Assembly: GCA_965247285.1 (NCBI GenBank)
Contig: CBDFHD010000002.1
Span: forward strand, 548,632-612,631
Length of the DNA stretch: 64,000 bases
Reading direction: 5' to 3'
Origin: Candidatus Poribacteria bacterium
GTDB lineage: Bacteria > Poribacteria > WGA-4E > WGA-3G
The stretch's first letter is position 1, and each line of letters starts with the position of its first letter. The notes under the pieces were generated by a model. It did no database searches and was not told the origin of the DNA. It worked only from the letters and a program-made list of their open reading frames with translations. The position numbers were made by a program, and so were the translations under genes. Below, one piece after another: positions 1-10,450 of the stretch.

Positions 1-1053
1 CAGACCGGATTTCCAATAGAGGTTAAGCTGTCTGCCCGTTCCTAACAGGTTGGTTTCGCGCGCTTCAAGCACGCCAGTGAGTTGTGGAGCCGCGTCAGCG
101 TCTGAATCTGGTGGGGCATATCCGATAACACCGCTCAGTTGTCCTGTTCGTGCTTCGGTGACTCGCGCGTGGAAATTGATCCTATCTTCTGTTTCACCCG
201 CTTCCAATACATTCGGATTCACTTGATAGAAATACCCCAAATTTCGTAGGCGACGGTAGCTTGTGTCTATGTCACGCTGCTTGAAGTTATCGTTCGGTTT
301 CACGTGAATTTCCCGAAGGACTATCTTAATTTTTGTTTTCTTTAGTCCACTTACCTTGACTTCACCAATCCGGACCTGTGTCCCTTCCCGGATGTGTAAC
401 TCGAAATTGATGGTGCTTGTTTCTGGCAAAAGCTGAATATTCTTAGACTCAATCTCAATTTTTGGGTATCCGTGTTCACTGTACAAAGCTTGGATGCGTT
501 CAATTCCTCGTTCCAATGCCACCTGTGTAAACAGTTTTCCCTCTTTTATACCGAATTGATCTCGAATTTCGGATTCCGAAAAGCGTTGATTACCCGAAAA
601 TGTTAACGTCCCAGTGCGGATCGGTTTGCCTTCAACAATTTCTACTGTGATAGACACAGACGTTTCGCCGTTGACTTGCGCCTCTTCAGAAATCACTGTG
701 ATGTTGGGAGATGTCTCTGCGAATATAAAGCCTTCGTCCCGATAACCTGCTACGATGCGTTCAAATCCTTCTATAATTTCTTCACGAGAATACGGTTTTT
801 CTTCGTTCCATCCGAATAGAGTTATCAGTTTTTTCTCATTGAAATGTGCGTTCCCATTAAAACGGAGTTGGCGAATACGGTAGTGTGAGTGTGTCGTTCC
901 TTCTGTGTCGTCATCTGGTGTTATTGCGTTTTCTGAAGAGGTGCTCTGTTCAGGATCATCTGATCCATACAACAGTGTTTGCGGGTTACTTGCCAGACAA
1001 AGGAGTACACCGCTGAAAAATAGTATGAGTTGTGGTAGTCGGGGGCTATACAT
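1..1053 (-). CDS. Omp85/BamA-family outer membrane protein, N-terminal signal peptide plus POTRA-type repeats; partial, C-terminal part runs off the left window edge
   Basis: Manual minus-strand translation from ATG at 1053 is open to position 1 (more than 350 codons). Begins MYSPRLPQLILFFSGVLLCLASN (signal peptide), followed by POTRA-like repeats (e.g. IRFNGNAHFNEKKL, LTFSGNQRFSESEIRDQFGIKEGKLF, IGEVKVSGLKKTKIKIVLREIHVKPNDNF). Absent from the supplied ORF track because it is edge-truncated. Confidence 0.55.
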   Translation of the reverse strand, partial: MYSPRLPQLILFFSGVLLCLASNPQTLLYGSDDPEQSTSSENAITPDDDTEGTTHSHYRIRQLRFNGNAHFNEKKLITLFGWNEEKPYSREEIIEGFERIVAGYRDEGFIFAETSPNITVISEEAQVNGETSVSITVEIVEGKPIRTGTLTFSGNQRFSESEIRDQFGIKEGKLFTQVALERGIERIQALYSEHGYPKIEIESKNIQLLPETSTINFELHIREGTQVRIGEVKVSGLKKTKIKIVLREIHVKPNDNFKQRDIDTSYRRLRNLGYFYQVNPNVLEAGETEDRINFHARVTEARTGQLSGVIGYAPPDSDADAAPQLTGVLEARETNLLGTGRQLNLYWKSGL

Positions 1054-1227
1054 CTATTCTCTCCATTAGATAAACATCTGTGCCATCGTAAGTAATTTTA
1101 ACATGCACACTGCGCTACAGGCAAATCAGTGCTTCTGCAGATTGTTTCCTACTTACGACAATGTCAACTGCCCAAGCCTAAAGATTTGGGCTTCCAATCC
1201 GTTAACTTAGGTGAAAAAGAAAAAACT

Positions 1228-1262
1228 TGATAAAATTCTGGATTTGTGGTATTATAATGGGT
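1228..1262 (+). promoter_or_regulatory. candidate sigma70-type promoter (TTGATA, 17 nt, TATTAT) upstream of the radical SAM / ABC ATPase pair
   Basis: cttgataaaattctggatttgtggtattataatggg read directly from sequence; about 80 nt upstream of the ATG at 1343. Confidence 0.3.
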
Positions 1263-1342
1263 AGGAGTCGCTAAATTTATAAATTATTCAAAAAAATTGA
1301 CAATATGGGCATGGAAGTTACGCCCACAAGGAGATATATATT

Positions 1343-3325
1343 ATGCCGAATGCCTTATTTGTTTATCCTAAATTCCCGCCATCCTATTGGGGATTTAAGT
1401 ACGCTTTAGAATTTCTTGATAAAAAATCATCGATGCCTCCGCTTGGATTGTTGACGATTGCTGGTATGTTCCCCAAGAATTATAACCTTAAAGTCGTCGA
1501 TATAAACATTGAACCGTTGACGGACGCGCATCTCGAGTGGGCGGATGTAGTGCTGACATCGACAATGATTGTTCAAAAAGACTCTCTTTATGATGTTGCC
1601 GAACGTTGTAATCGAGCAGGAGTCCCTATCATTGCGGGTGGACCGCACCCGACTTCCTACTATGATAATATCAAAGAGGAAACTGATGCTGAGATTAACC
1701 ATTTTCTCTTTGGTGAAGTTGAGGAAATATTTGAAGATTTCTTAACCGATCTTGAAAGTGGCTGTGCGCAGGAAACCTATCGTGAGAAGCGGAAACCGGA
1801 TATCACGATTACACCACCGCCTCGCTACGACCTCATCGATATCAATGCTTATGGGTCAATGGCACTCCAGTTTTCGCGTGGGTGCCCTTTCAATTGCGAG
1901 TTTTGCGACATTACGAAGTTGTTCGGGCGCGTGCCACGCACTAAAAGCAATGAACAGATGCTTGCTGAGTTTGAAATTCTCTATAAACTCGGTTGGGATG
2001 GTGCGATGTTTGTTGTTGATGACAATTTTATCGGTAACAAGCGCGACGCGATGCGTTTACTGCCCGCTGTGCAACAGTGGCAGGAGGAACGTCAATTCCC
2101 ATTTTCGCTCTATACCGAAGCCAGCGTAAATCTCGTGGAAATCCCTGATATGCTCGACGCAATGAGCGGGGCAGGGTTTAACATGGTATTCCTCGGCATT
2201 GAAAGTCCCAATGATGAGGCACTGCTCGGCACCTCCAAAGGACAGAACACCAGTAAAGAGGAAGATGCCGGTAGTTACCTGTTGCGTGCTATTAGGCAGA
2301 TACAGAGCAGGGGGATGGAGGTTACAGGCGGATTTATTATCGGACTTGATGGTGATACTGAGTTTGATTCTCACATCAAGTTTATTCAGGAAGCCGGTAT
2401 ACCAATAGCAATGGCAGGTTTGTTGACTGCTTTGAAAGAGACAGACCTTTGGCATCGATTGAAACAGGAAGATCGGTTGCTTGTGGAATCCACTGGAAAT
2501 AATACCGACATGAGTCTCAATTTTGTTCCAGAAATGCCGCGCGAGGAACTGCTTTCGGAATATCGACGGGTCGTATCAACACTCTACGATCCGACCTTAA
2601 AGAACTATTTTGCGCGGTGTTTGAAGTTGCTTGAGCACATGCCGTATACACCACGCAACGTCCGATCGATTCGGAAGGAAGAATTGAGCGCATTTCTCCT
2701 ATCAGTCCAGCGGCAACTTTTCTCCAAACAGGGATTGGAGTACGCACGATATTTAGTGAAGGTACTCAAAGACTATCCTAAGATGTTCGCGGAAGCCGTG
2801 CGATTGGCGATTATGGGTTACCATTTGGAGAAGACGACGCGTCATACGATCGCTGTTGAGGATTTCAGGAACTTCTTGGCACTTGAGATGGACACGTTTA
2901 AAGAGAAGATTTCGCAGTTTAGCCAAACTCAAGAAGACCGGATGAGTGAGGTTCAAAGCTACTCGCGGCAACTCTTTGCGCGCGTTAAGAAGGAATACGA
3001 TTCGATTCACGAGGATTTTCGATACGCAGCATACAATGCCCTTGCTGGTTTTCAGAAATCGGTGTTCAAGGAATACTTGGACGCGGAACTCAATGCTTTT
3101 AAAGCAACTGTCAGCACTTTCACAAAGGCTCAGACTGAAAGGCTCGGTGAACTCCAAACGTATGTTCACGACCTCTTTACCCGCGTTCGTGCCCAACACG
3201 AACAACTTCACGACGATCTCAAGCTGAACGTCCAAGAAACCTTTGACGCTTTCCGAGACTCCGTCCAACGGCATTTAGAGCAACTTTTCGGTTCTGTCCC
3301 TGTACAGATTGAAGAACTGAATTAG
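1343..3325 (+). CDS. B12-binding radical SAM protein with a long alpha-helical C-terminal extension (DUF4080-like)
   Basis: N-terminal cobalamin-binding-domain pattern, then radical SAM motif region (FSRGCPFNCEFCD = CxxxCxxC), then a charged helical C-terminal region of about 200 aa. Confidence 0.8.
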   Translation: MPNALFVYPKFPPSYWGFKYALEFLDKKSSMPPLGLLTIAGMFPKNYNLKVVDINIEPLTDAHLEWADVVLTSTMIVQKDSLYDVAERCNRAGVPIIAGGPHPTSYYDNIKEETDAEINHFLFGEVEEIFEDFLTDLESGCAQETYREKRKPDITITPPPRYDLIDINAYGSMALQFSRGCPFNCEFCDITKLFGRVPRTKSNEQMLAEFEILYKLGWDGAMFVVDDNFIGNKRDAMRLLPAVQQWQEERQFPFSLYTEASVNLVEIPDMLDAMSGAGFNMVFLGIESPNDEALLGTSKGQNTSKEEDAGSYLLRAIRQIQSRGMEVTGGFIIGLDGDTEFDSHIKFIQEAGIPIAMAGLLTALKETDLWHRLKQEDRLLVESTGNNTDMSLNFVPEMPREELLSEYRRVVSTLYDPTLKNYFARCLKLLEHMPYTPRNVRSIRKEELSAFLLSVQRQLFSKQGLEYARYLVKVLKDYPKMFAEAVRLAIMGYHLEKTTRHTIAVEDFRNFLALEMDTFKEKISQFSQTQEDRMSEVQSYSRQLFARVKKEYDSIHEDFRYAAYNALAGFQKSVFKEYLDAELNAFKATVSTFTKAQTERLGELQTYVHDLFTRVRAQHEQLHDDLKLNVQETFDAFRDSVQRHLEQLFGSVPVQIEELN

Positions 3326-3332
3326 TCAGACC

Positions 3333-4904
3333 ATGGTGTCTATTGAAATAGAGAATCTCGGTTTTACCTATCCGAGTCGTGAGACTCCGACGCTACGCGG
3401 AATTACGACTCGGATTCTTTCTGGGGCGTTTGTTCTACTGACGGGTCCAACAGGGTGCGGCAAGTCGACTTTGCTGCGGACACTCAACGGTTTGATTCCG
3501 CATGCTTCGGCAGGAACGCTCACAGGAACGGTACGTCTTAACGATAAGGACATCGCTACGCAACCCCTCGCGACCACATGTCAACAGGTCGCGCTCCTCT
3601 TCCAAAATCCCGACGATCAACTCTTTTGCACACGAGTTGAAGACGAAATCGCCTTTGGACTCGAAAATCTCGGTTTCCCTTCCGAAGAAATTAAAGAACG
3701 GATCGCTGTTGCCTTGAAACAGGTAGGACTCCCCGATTTTGCGTTACGGGAGATCTCATCGCTTTCTGGCGGTCAAAAACAGCGGGTTGCTCTTGCTGCT
3801 GTCTGTGCGATGCAACCACAAGTCCTGCTGTTAGATGAGCCAACGAGCCATCTTGATCCGTGTGGGGCGCGCGACATCCTCACTATCGTCACGCAGTTGA
3901 ATAGGGAGTTAGGGATAACAGTTGTTTTGGCAACCCATCGAACCAAGGAAGTTGCTCCACTGTGTGACCATGTATGGCTGATGGACGAAGGGAGACTTTA
4001 TCTGGATCTGCCCGAAGCGGAGGCGTTTCAAGACCTCGCTCTATATCAACATTTAGGCGTGCAGGTTCCCAAAACAGAGGCACCTTCAGTAGACGCATCG
4101 CTACCGAATTCGTCATCTTTGTCTCCTAAACGCACTTACAGGACAACATTCGAGACCTCTCTCCTCAGTATCCGCGAACTTCAATTCCGTTATCCGAACA
4201 CCGATAAGGATGCGGTGCATTCACTCTCCTGCGACGTGCCGCGTGGAGAGGTGCTCGCTATCATGGGAGCGAATGGCTCTGGCAAAACCACGTTGATTCG
4301 TCTTATCGCCGGTTTGCTGCGTCCAACGACTGGAAAGGTTGTCATTGCTGGGAAGTCGTCCAGTCGTCCGAAGCTTCATCAATTGGCAGGCAAAATCGGT
4401 ATCGTTTTTCAGGATCCAGATCTATTGCTACAAGCGGAGACGGTTCGCGATGAGGTTGCTTTCGGCCCTAAAAATCTCAAATTCGCTGCACAGATTCTTG
4501 AAGATAGGGTCGATAGAACGCTTGAGCGATTTGACCTACGGGATATTGACTTGGAGGCACCGTATTCACTGTCTCGAGGGCAACGCCAACGGGTTGCTGT
4601 CGCAGCAACTTTTTCACTGCACCCTGAACTTTTCCTTCTCGATGAACCCACCACGGGTCAAGATGCCCAACATCTCCATCAGTTGATGGACGAACTCTGT
4701 GATGAAATCCGGCGCGAGAATAAAACCCTCATTTTCGCAACACACGACACGGAACTTACCTTGAAATACGCCGATCGTGTCCTTTTATTGCGCGACGGTG
4801 AAGTGATTTTCGATGGAGCGCCTGATGCTGCTTTTGCAAATCTCGAACTCCTACAGCAGGCATCGCTTCTCGTGCAGTTCCCGACCGCAGTGAATCCATC
4901 CTAA
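3333..4904 (+). CDS. duplicated (fused tandem) ABC transporter ATP-binding protein, ECF/CbiO type
   Basis: Two Walker A motifs (GPTGCGKST and GANGSGKTT), two ABC signature motifs (LSGGQKQRVALA and LSRGQRQRVAVA), two Walker B motifs (LLLDEPTSHLD and LFLLDEPTTGQD). Starts 8 nt after the radical SAM stop. No transmembrane partner gene follows. Confidence 0.85.
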   Translation: MVSIEIENLGFTYPSRETPTLRGITTRILSGAFVLLTGPTGCGKSTLLRTLNGLIPHASAGTLTGTVRLNDKDIATQPLATTCQQVALLFQNPDDQLFCTRVEDEIAFGLENLGFPSEEIKERIAVALKQVGLPDFALREISSLSGGQKQRVALAAVCAMQPQVLLLDEPTSHLDPCGARDILTIVTQLNRELGITVVLATHRTKEVAPLCDHVWLMDEGRLYLDLPEAEAFQDLALYQHLGVQVPKTEAPSVDASLPNSSSLSPKRTYRTTFETSLLSIRELQFRYPNTDKDAVHSLSCDVPRGEVLAIMGANGSGKTTLIRLIAGLLRPTTGKVVIAGKSSSRPKLHQLAGKIGIVFQDPDLLLQAETVRDEVAFGPKNLKFAAQILEDRVDRTLERFDLRDIDLEAPYSLSRGQRQRVAVAATFSLHPELFLLDEPTTGQDAQHLHQLMDELCDEIRRENKTLIFATHDTELTLKYADRVLLLRDGEVIFDGAPDAAFANLELLQQASLLVQFPTAVNPS

Positions 4905-5132
4905 TCGCTTCGGACCTACCCAAGTCTCTTCCCTTAAGTTGCCAGTTCCATTTAAGGACGGCATGTGTGTCCCTTGTTATCGTATTATTTACATTTTGGT
5001 AAATTCAATTCGCTGTCATGTAGTGTAAACATAGTCTGTCACAGAAACGTTGTAACAGGTTACTTGTTTTTAGGTTAGAGGGTTATATGTAGGGTTTGTA
5101 GGGACAATCCACTTTTTAAAAGGAGAGTAAAA

Positions 5133-5393
5133 GTGCAGTTAAAAAAGAGATGGACTTGCATAGGTTTCTTATTCGTTTTGCTCCCTGTTACCGCCTATGC
5201 TCAAATGGATTTATACGAATTGCAGCAGGGAAGAAAGGAGGCAGGAACGGAACGCAATCGAGCATCTTTTGACTTTGGAGGTCATGTAGGGTTGGATGTT
5301 GAATTGTCACCGGCGGTAAGTGTAAGGGGAGGTTTCGGAGTCTCTTTTACAGATTTCGATAGCGGTTTTAGCATCGGTTTGAATTTTCATTGA
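5133..5393 (+). CDS. small secreted glycine-rich hypothetical protein
   Basis: Signal peptide MQLKKRWTCIGFLFVLLPVTAYAQ. SD-like aaaaggagag upstream. Confidence 0.3.
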   Translation: MQLKKRWTCIGFLFVLLPVTAYAQMDLYELQQGRKEAGTERNRASFDFGGHVGLDVELSPAVSVRGGFGVSFTDFDSGFSIGLNFH

Positions 5394-5516
5394 CGAGGTT
5401 TCCAATTGCGGTAGGTATGAGGTCTTGATGAAATAGATTGCTATACATGTATCTTCGCTAAGCGACTAAACAGTGGAGAACTAATATCTTTGAGAATCCA
5501 CTGAAAAAATTGATTG

Positions 5517-5545
5517 TTTGCTGTGAATAGGGTATAATTACAGCA
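5517..5545 (+). promoter_or_regulatory. candidate sigma70 promoter (TTGATT, 17 nt, TATAAT)
   Basis: ttgattgtttgctgtgaatagggtataat read from sequence, upstream of the 5684 ORF. Confidence 0.3.
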
Positions 5546-5683
5546 CAATTTGAAAATATAAAGCGATAGTAGGACTTAGGCTTTTACTTCCACGATGTTA
5601 ATGTTTCCTGACCCCTTCAATAAAACTGTATCGTTGATTGTAGATTTTCAATTAAATTTGTAATCCGCGAAGGAGAAAATTAA

Positions 5684-6115
5684 GTGAAAATAAACGCAGC
5701 GTTTCATGTTTTAGTTTTTTTCATGGCAGTGCTGACCTTCAGCACGCCTTTTGTTACCATGGCTCAACAGAATTTTGTGCAAGCCGAAGCTGCAACCGCT
5801 GCTGAAGCGGATGCTAATAAAGATATCAGCAAGTTATTATGCTTCAGTGCTGGTTGTGTACTTTCTGCCGTCTTTTTTTTACCAAGTCCGTATGGTTATC
5901 TTTTGCCTCCAGCTGGCATAATTGGGTCATATTCCTATCGACCGGGGCCACCACCTTCGCGATTGATTGGGAAATCACCGGAATATATATCCGCTTATAC
6001 AACAACTTACAAATCAAAAAGAGGAAATATCCAAGCACTATGGACCTCAGCGGGTTGTCTCAGTGGTTGCGTTGTCATTACGGTTGGACTCGGAGCGGCG
6101 GCTGCGACACAGTGA
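5684..6115 (+). CDS. hypothetical secreted/membrane protein
   Basis: Signal-peptide-like N-terminus, a second hydrophobic segment, Gly/Ala-rich C-terminus; no recognisable domain. Confidence 0.3.
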   Translation: MKINAAFHVLVFFMAVLTFSTPFVTMAQQNFVQAEAATAAEADANKDISKLLCFSAGCVLSAVFFLPSPYGYLLPPAGIIGSYSYRPGPPPSRLIGKSPEYISAYTTTYKSKRGNIQALWTSAGCLSGCVVITVGLGAAAATQ

Positions 6116-6138
6116 ACTTGAAAACTGGCGGGTGGTAA

Positions 6139-6891
6139 ATGTCTGCTAACATGCTATTTCTAAAAAAACAGATGTCTAAAATCCTGCAATTTTCCATGAC
6201 GCTTTTATTGACATGCGTCCTCTGTCATGTGCTTCATGCCTCGCCGTTAAAAACCCTCTCCTTAGACTTTACGCGCGAATTGACCGAGAACGACAAAACG
6301 GAGTACATCGCCGGCACACTTCACTACGACGCAAGCGTGGCGCGGGTAGTCGTTGAGGTTGCTGAGCCAATTAAGCAGATAATGGTTGTAAAAGACAAGG
6401 AATTGGAGATCTATTACCCTGTAGAGAAACAGGCGTTCCGTTTTATCTCTGAAGGGCGGATTCCGCTCCCGTTTGTTGAATCCATCGTTCAGTCTACACA
6501 AGCGGAGCATGGGTTGACAGCAGTTGGGTATTCTTTGGAAAAGCACGATATCGTAAACGAGGTTCTCTATAGTTATTGGAGTCCACCTAAGAAAGCGAAA
6601 GACAAACTCGGCACTATTATCTTAGGGATGCAGGATGACAGGCTTATTTCTGCTGAAGTCAAAAATCCGAATGGACATATCATCGCCAGATCGCACTATC
6701 AGAACCACAGCAAGGTCGGGATGAACTATGTCCCAATGATGGTTACCTCCAGTACGTATGGTGAGAAATCTGAAGTCCTTCAATACGAACACATTGTCTA
6801 TAGCAATCCACAGGTGAACGTAAATCCACCAAATCAAATCCTGAATTTCGCAATCCCCGAATCGGTAGAGGTTAAAGAGGTCAAATGGTAA
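6139..6891 (+). CDS. LolA-like / outer-membrane lipoprotein-sorting-like protein (secreted)
   Basis: Signal peptide, about 230-aa beta-rich body with LolA-fold-like pattern; family assignment by recollection only. Confidence 0.4.
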   Translation: MSANMLFLKKQMSKILQFSMTLLLTCVLCHVLHASPLKTLSLDFTRELTENDKTEYIAGTLHYDASVARVVVEVAEPIKQIMVVKDKELEIYYPVEKQAFRFISEGRIPLPFVESIVQSTQAEHGLTAVGYSLEKHDIVNEVLYSYWSPPKKAKDKLGTIILGMQDDRLISAEVKNPNGHIIARSHYQNHSKVGMNYVPMMVTSSTYGEKSEVLQYEHIVYSNPQVNVNPPNQILNFAIPESVEVKEVKW

Positions 6892-7054
6892 ATCGTCTCG
6901 TTTTTTTCTGTGTGTTGTGTTTATCTGGTATTTTCTGTGTTCAACCCGCGTTTTCGGGTGAAGCCTCCGACTTGGCGTTCATCCGAAAAGTCAATCCAAT
7001 TATGAGCCTGAACCACAAGAGGTTGTCCACTTTAATCCGCAGGAAACCTCGGAA

Positions 7055-7312
7055 TTGAAGTTCGTCGCGACAGGATTGATTCGGCTGTACCAGAAATTCG
7101 TCTCCAGTCAAGACGGACCGACATGCAACTTCCAACCGACGTGTTCTCGCTTCGGCATGGCATGTATACAGGAATACGGTGTGATACGCGGTGTTCTACT
7201 TACCGCTGATAGACTCCTTCGATGCAACGGGTCCCAATCGCAGTATTACCATAAAGACAGCGTAACAGGAAAATACATCGACCCAGTTTCAGACTATGCA
7301 ACACTGAAATAG
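7055..7312 (+). CDS. yidD: membrane protein insertion efficiency factor YidD
   Basis: LIRLYQKFVSSQDGPTCNFQPTCSRFGMACIQEYGVIRGVLLTADRLLRCNGS matches the YidD/DUF37 signature. TTG start in the ORF track. Confidence 0.75.
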   Translation: MKFVATGLIRLYQKFVSSQDGPTCNFQPTCSRFGMACIQEYGVIRGVLLTADRLLRCNGSQSQYYHKDSVTGKYIDPVSDYATLK

Positions 7313-7357
7313 TCAAGAAGTTGGATTTCACAGCGTTCAACGCAACCTACGAACTAT

Positions 7358-8242
7358 ATGAACACTTCGCAAGTAGCCAAATTTCTGCTCGTAATCCTCC
7401 TCACTATTACCCTTATGCCCTTTGCAGCCGCTGAAGAATCCATTGAATATTATACCCCCGAAAACGTCCGCAAATTTGCCGATTTTCTGTATGAACAGGG
7501 CGACTATCTCCGAGCTGCGGGTGAATATCAACGTTATCTCTTTTATCAGCCGCAAGAAAGCGGGCAGATGCGCTATAGAATCGCCCTCTGTTATCGTTTT
7601 GCCGGTCAAACTGAGCAAGCCATCCAGAATTTTCAGGCACTTTTACGGACGCATCCCGAAGGGCAGTTTGTAAGTCGCTCCTATTATCAAATCGGTGCTA
7701 CCTATTTTCTGACGGATCAGTTTGAGCAGTCTGCGCGATTTCTGCGTGAGGCATTACCACACATAATAGATACACGACAACACGCTGAAGCCGAGCAGCT
7801 GATTGGACTCTCTTATCTGATGCAAAAGCGATGGTCTGAAGCAGGTGAGGTTTTTAAAACGTTGCAGGGATCGAAGGCGGCTTCGGTCAGCCAAAAGGCG
7901 ATAGTGTATCACAATTTTGCAGAAGCGGGTGCACATCTGCCTACCCGTAGTCCGTTTTTGGCTGGAATTCTTTCTACAATTGTTCCTGGGGCTGGACGGC
8001 TCTATACGGGCAGGCTCGGCGATGCGTTTACATCTCTGTTCACTGTTACTTTAACAGGCTGGCAGGCTTACGACGGTTTCCGGAGAGATGGGCTTTCGTC
8101 GGTGAAGGGGTGGACGTTAGGCACGCTCAGCGGTATCTTCTATGTCGGCAACATCTACGGCTCGGTGATTTCAGTTCGCGTTTACAATCGCCACATAGCG
8201 GACGAGTTCTTGACAACACTATCTGTAGAATTACCGTATTGA
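7358..8242 (+). CDS. secreted TPR-repeat protein with C-terminal TM2-like membrane domain
   Basis: Signal peptide, TPR-like repeats, C-terminal GILSTIVPGAGRLYTGRLGDAF...GIFYVGNIYG resembling a TM2 domain. Paralog of the 22421..23287 protein. Confidence 0.6.
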   Translation: MNTSQVAKFLLVILLTITLMPFAAAEESIEYYTPENVRKFADFLYEQGDYLRAAGEYQRYLFYQPQESGQMRYRIALCYRFAGQTEQAIQNFQALLRTHPEGQFVSRSYYQIGATYFLTDQFEQSARFLREALPHIIDTRQHAEAEQLIGLSYLMQKRWSEAGEVFKTLQGSKAASVSQKAIVYHNFAEAGAHLPTRSPFLAGILSTIVPGAGRLYTGRLGDAFTSLFTVTLTGWQAYDGFRRDGLSSVKGWTLGTLSGIFYVGNIYGSVISVRVYNRHIADEFLTTLSVELPY

Positions 8243-8265
8243 TTGAGAAATGCGTGGTACTGCGT

Positions 8266-9276
8266 TCAACGCCTTGCGACAAATTCAGGTTGTGCGACTT
8301 GCATACGGATCGGCGGTAACCCTGCCGCGATGGCTTCAACGTCATCTGTAACCATTCTCCCGATGTCGAAAAGGGCGTGATCGATGGCACCCGCCATGTG
8401 GCAGGTGAGTATCGTATTTTCCGTCTCTCGGACCGGATGATCGGGCGGCGGTGGTTCTTCAGGATAGACATCAATCGTCGCTCGAAATCTGCCGGCATTT
8501 GTCAATTCAAGAAGTGCGTCGAAATCAACAAGATGCGAACGGCTTGCTAAAACAAGTACTGCCCCTTGTTTAATCTGGTTCAGTTTCTCGTAAGTAAGCA
8601 GCTCCCTATTCTCCAGTGTTGGAATCGCTAAAACGAAGGTGACATCGCACGTTTGCAGCAGTTCCTCCAGTCCCATCGGATTTACCCCCTGTTGTTCTAA
8701 ATGTGTGTCAGGGAGCCATGGATCGTAGACGTGGAGTTTACATTTGAAAGGTGCTAACAGCAGTCGCAGTTCCCGTGCGAGGTTTCCATAGCCGATGATA
8801 CCCACCGTTGCATTATAGAGCGTGCAAATGTCGGCTTGTCCATGCCATCCCCATTTCTCTTCACCACGACGCATTCGCCGATCCGCATCGACGATATTCC
8901 GTAGGGAAGCCAGAGCATGTCCCAACGCCATCTCAGCCACCATTTTGGCGAAAGCAGGTGCACAACTCAGCACACGAATACTCCGTCTGAAGCAGGTCTG
9001 GTAATCAACTTGTTCTTTTCTGGGGTGCGCACCGCCTACCTCCATAATAGTCTTCAGATGCGGTGCGGCATTTTCGTCAACGTCGCCGACCCCGTAGCTG
9101 GGAATACCTATCAGAATGGATGCCTCTTTTTTGACTTCGTTCCACGCATCTTCGGGCATCTGCTCGTCCTTACCCCATATTACTTCAACGGTATTCCCGA
9201 GGCGTTGCAAATCTTCTTGTGTGAAAATAGTGTCGAGTTGCCGTACCGGACGCGTATGCAAAATCGCTTTTAACAT
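8266..9276 (-). CDS. D-isomer-specific 2-hydroxyacid dehydrogenase family (NAD-binding)
   Basis: GIIGYGNLARELRLLLAPFKCKLHVYDPW Rossmann motif; catalytic-domain pattern of D-2-hydroxyacid dehydrogenases. Confidence 0.75.
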   Translation of the reverse strand: MLKAILHTRPVRQLDTIFTQEDLQRLGNTVEVIWGKDEQMPEDAWNEVKKEASILIGIPSYGVGDVDENAAPHLKTIMEVGGAHPRKEQVDYQTCFRRSIRVLSCAPAFAKMVAEMALGHALASLRNIVDADRRMRRGEEKWGWHGQADICTLYNATVGIIGYGNLARELRLLLAPFKCKLHVYDPWLPDTHLEQQGVNPMGLEELLQTCDVTFVLAIPTLENRELLTYEKLNQIKQGAVLVLASRSHLVDFDALLELTNAGRFRATIDVYPEEPPPPDHPVRETENTILTCHMAGAIDHALFDIGRMVTDDVEAIAAGLPPIRMQVAQPEFVARR

Positions 9277-9365
9277 TGTTGATCCTTCATTACTCTGTAT
9301 CGGTTTTCAGAAAAATCTCCCCGTCAAAATCTGAAACCTGATGGTGCAGCTGATGCTTACCACTT

Positions 9366-10148
9366 CTATCGCGCAAGATTTGACTTCAGTTTTCCCCATG
9401 TTGTCGTCAACTTGTCCTGAGATTTGACTGCCAGTACCCCTTCGATGCCTTTGTTCATTAATTCCTGAATCTCTTGCTCAGAGCGTGCGATGTTGGAGAT
9501 TCGGACTTCGTCCATCTGTCCTTGTAGAAATGGTCCGGCACCGCGTCCGAGCCACAAGACATCGTTGTTGGGGACGATATTGCCGCCAATTTTGCCTTCG
9601 CCGTCTATAACACCGTTGATATAAATCTTGCCTTCACCTGACTTCCCGTCGTAAGTACCGGCAACGTGCATCCACTTTTTCAGGGGCATTTCTGTTTTAC
9701 CGTGAACGACTGCAGCCCCCCATGCTTGCTTATCCGTAGTCAACCGGACGAGCACCTTCTTGTTATCTCGAGGTCCCACTTTGTAGCTTAACTCTTTCGT
9801 GGCACCTGTCCCGCCAGCGGTTGACCATGCCTCAAGGTAGAGCCACATTTCGACGGTGAGACCCTCAACCAGATCTAAGCTGTCGCTGTCAGGGATTTCT
9901 ACAAAATCCCTCGGACCATTTCCTTCAAAGACAAGCCCGCCACCGGGATTTCCCTCTCCCCGCTTCGGACCCATGAGTTCACCATCGTTTCCGTTACCAG
10001 AGAGGTCCTTGACGGCTTTCCCCGCTCCTGACTCAAAGGTGTAAAGAAGGACGGTGTGTTCATCCTGTGCAAAACTGGGTAGACTTCCGACGGATATTAA
10101 CAAAAAAACTAACATTAACCAACACAAGATATTTATAGCGTTCTGCAT
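9366..10148 (-). CDS. secreted LamG-like jellyroll (Laminin_G_3 / concanavalin A-like) protein
   Basis: Signal peptide; LLYTFESGAGKAVKDLSGNGNDGEL...GLVFEGNG..DFVEIPDS..L is the Laminin_G_3 signature; C-terminus ends ...LAVKSQDKLTTTWGKLKSNLAR. Confidence 0.8.
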   Translation of the reverse strand: MQNAINILCWLMLVFLLISVGSLPSFAQDEHTVLLYTFESGAGKAVKDLSGNGNDGELMGPKRGEGNPGGGLVFEGNGPRDFVEIPDSDSLDLVEGLTVEMWLYLEAWSTAGGTGATKELSYKVGPRDNKKVLVRLTTDKQAWGAAVVHGKTEMPLKKWMHVAGTYDGKSGEGKIYINGVIDGEGKIGGNIVPNNDVLWLGRGAGPFLQGQMDEVRISNIARSEQEIQELMNKGIEGVLAVKSQDKLTTTWGKLKSNLAR

Positions 10149-10450
10149 GATAAAATTTTTCCTCCTTAAGTGTCATTGACATTTTAGCATAGATCGATCC
10201 GACCCACAATCCAAAAATGGGCATACCGTTTTTTCTGAACAAATTTGATGCCGATTTGCCTAATCTAACAAGGGGAGATGGACCAAAAATTTCCAGATGA
10301 AATAAAAAGATATTATCGTAGTTCTTATACCGAATTAACAGAATTGTTTTTGCGTTATCTCTTTTCAGCGTTATACTGGAGTCATGAAAAACACAAAATA
10401 GCGAGTTTCGCCTCATTTTTTCATGGAGACGCTCAAAATTAGGATTTGAC

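Noticed and set aside
6885-7058. 57-aa ORF with a hydrophobic N-terminus overlapping the LolA-like gene stop and the yidD start
   Set aside because: Below the ORF-track cutoff, no SD, overlaps two better-supported genes. Possibly a small secreted peptide but unsupported.
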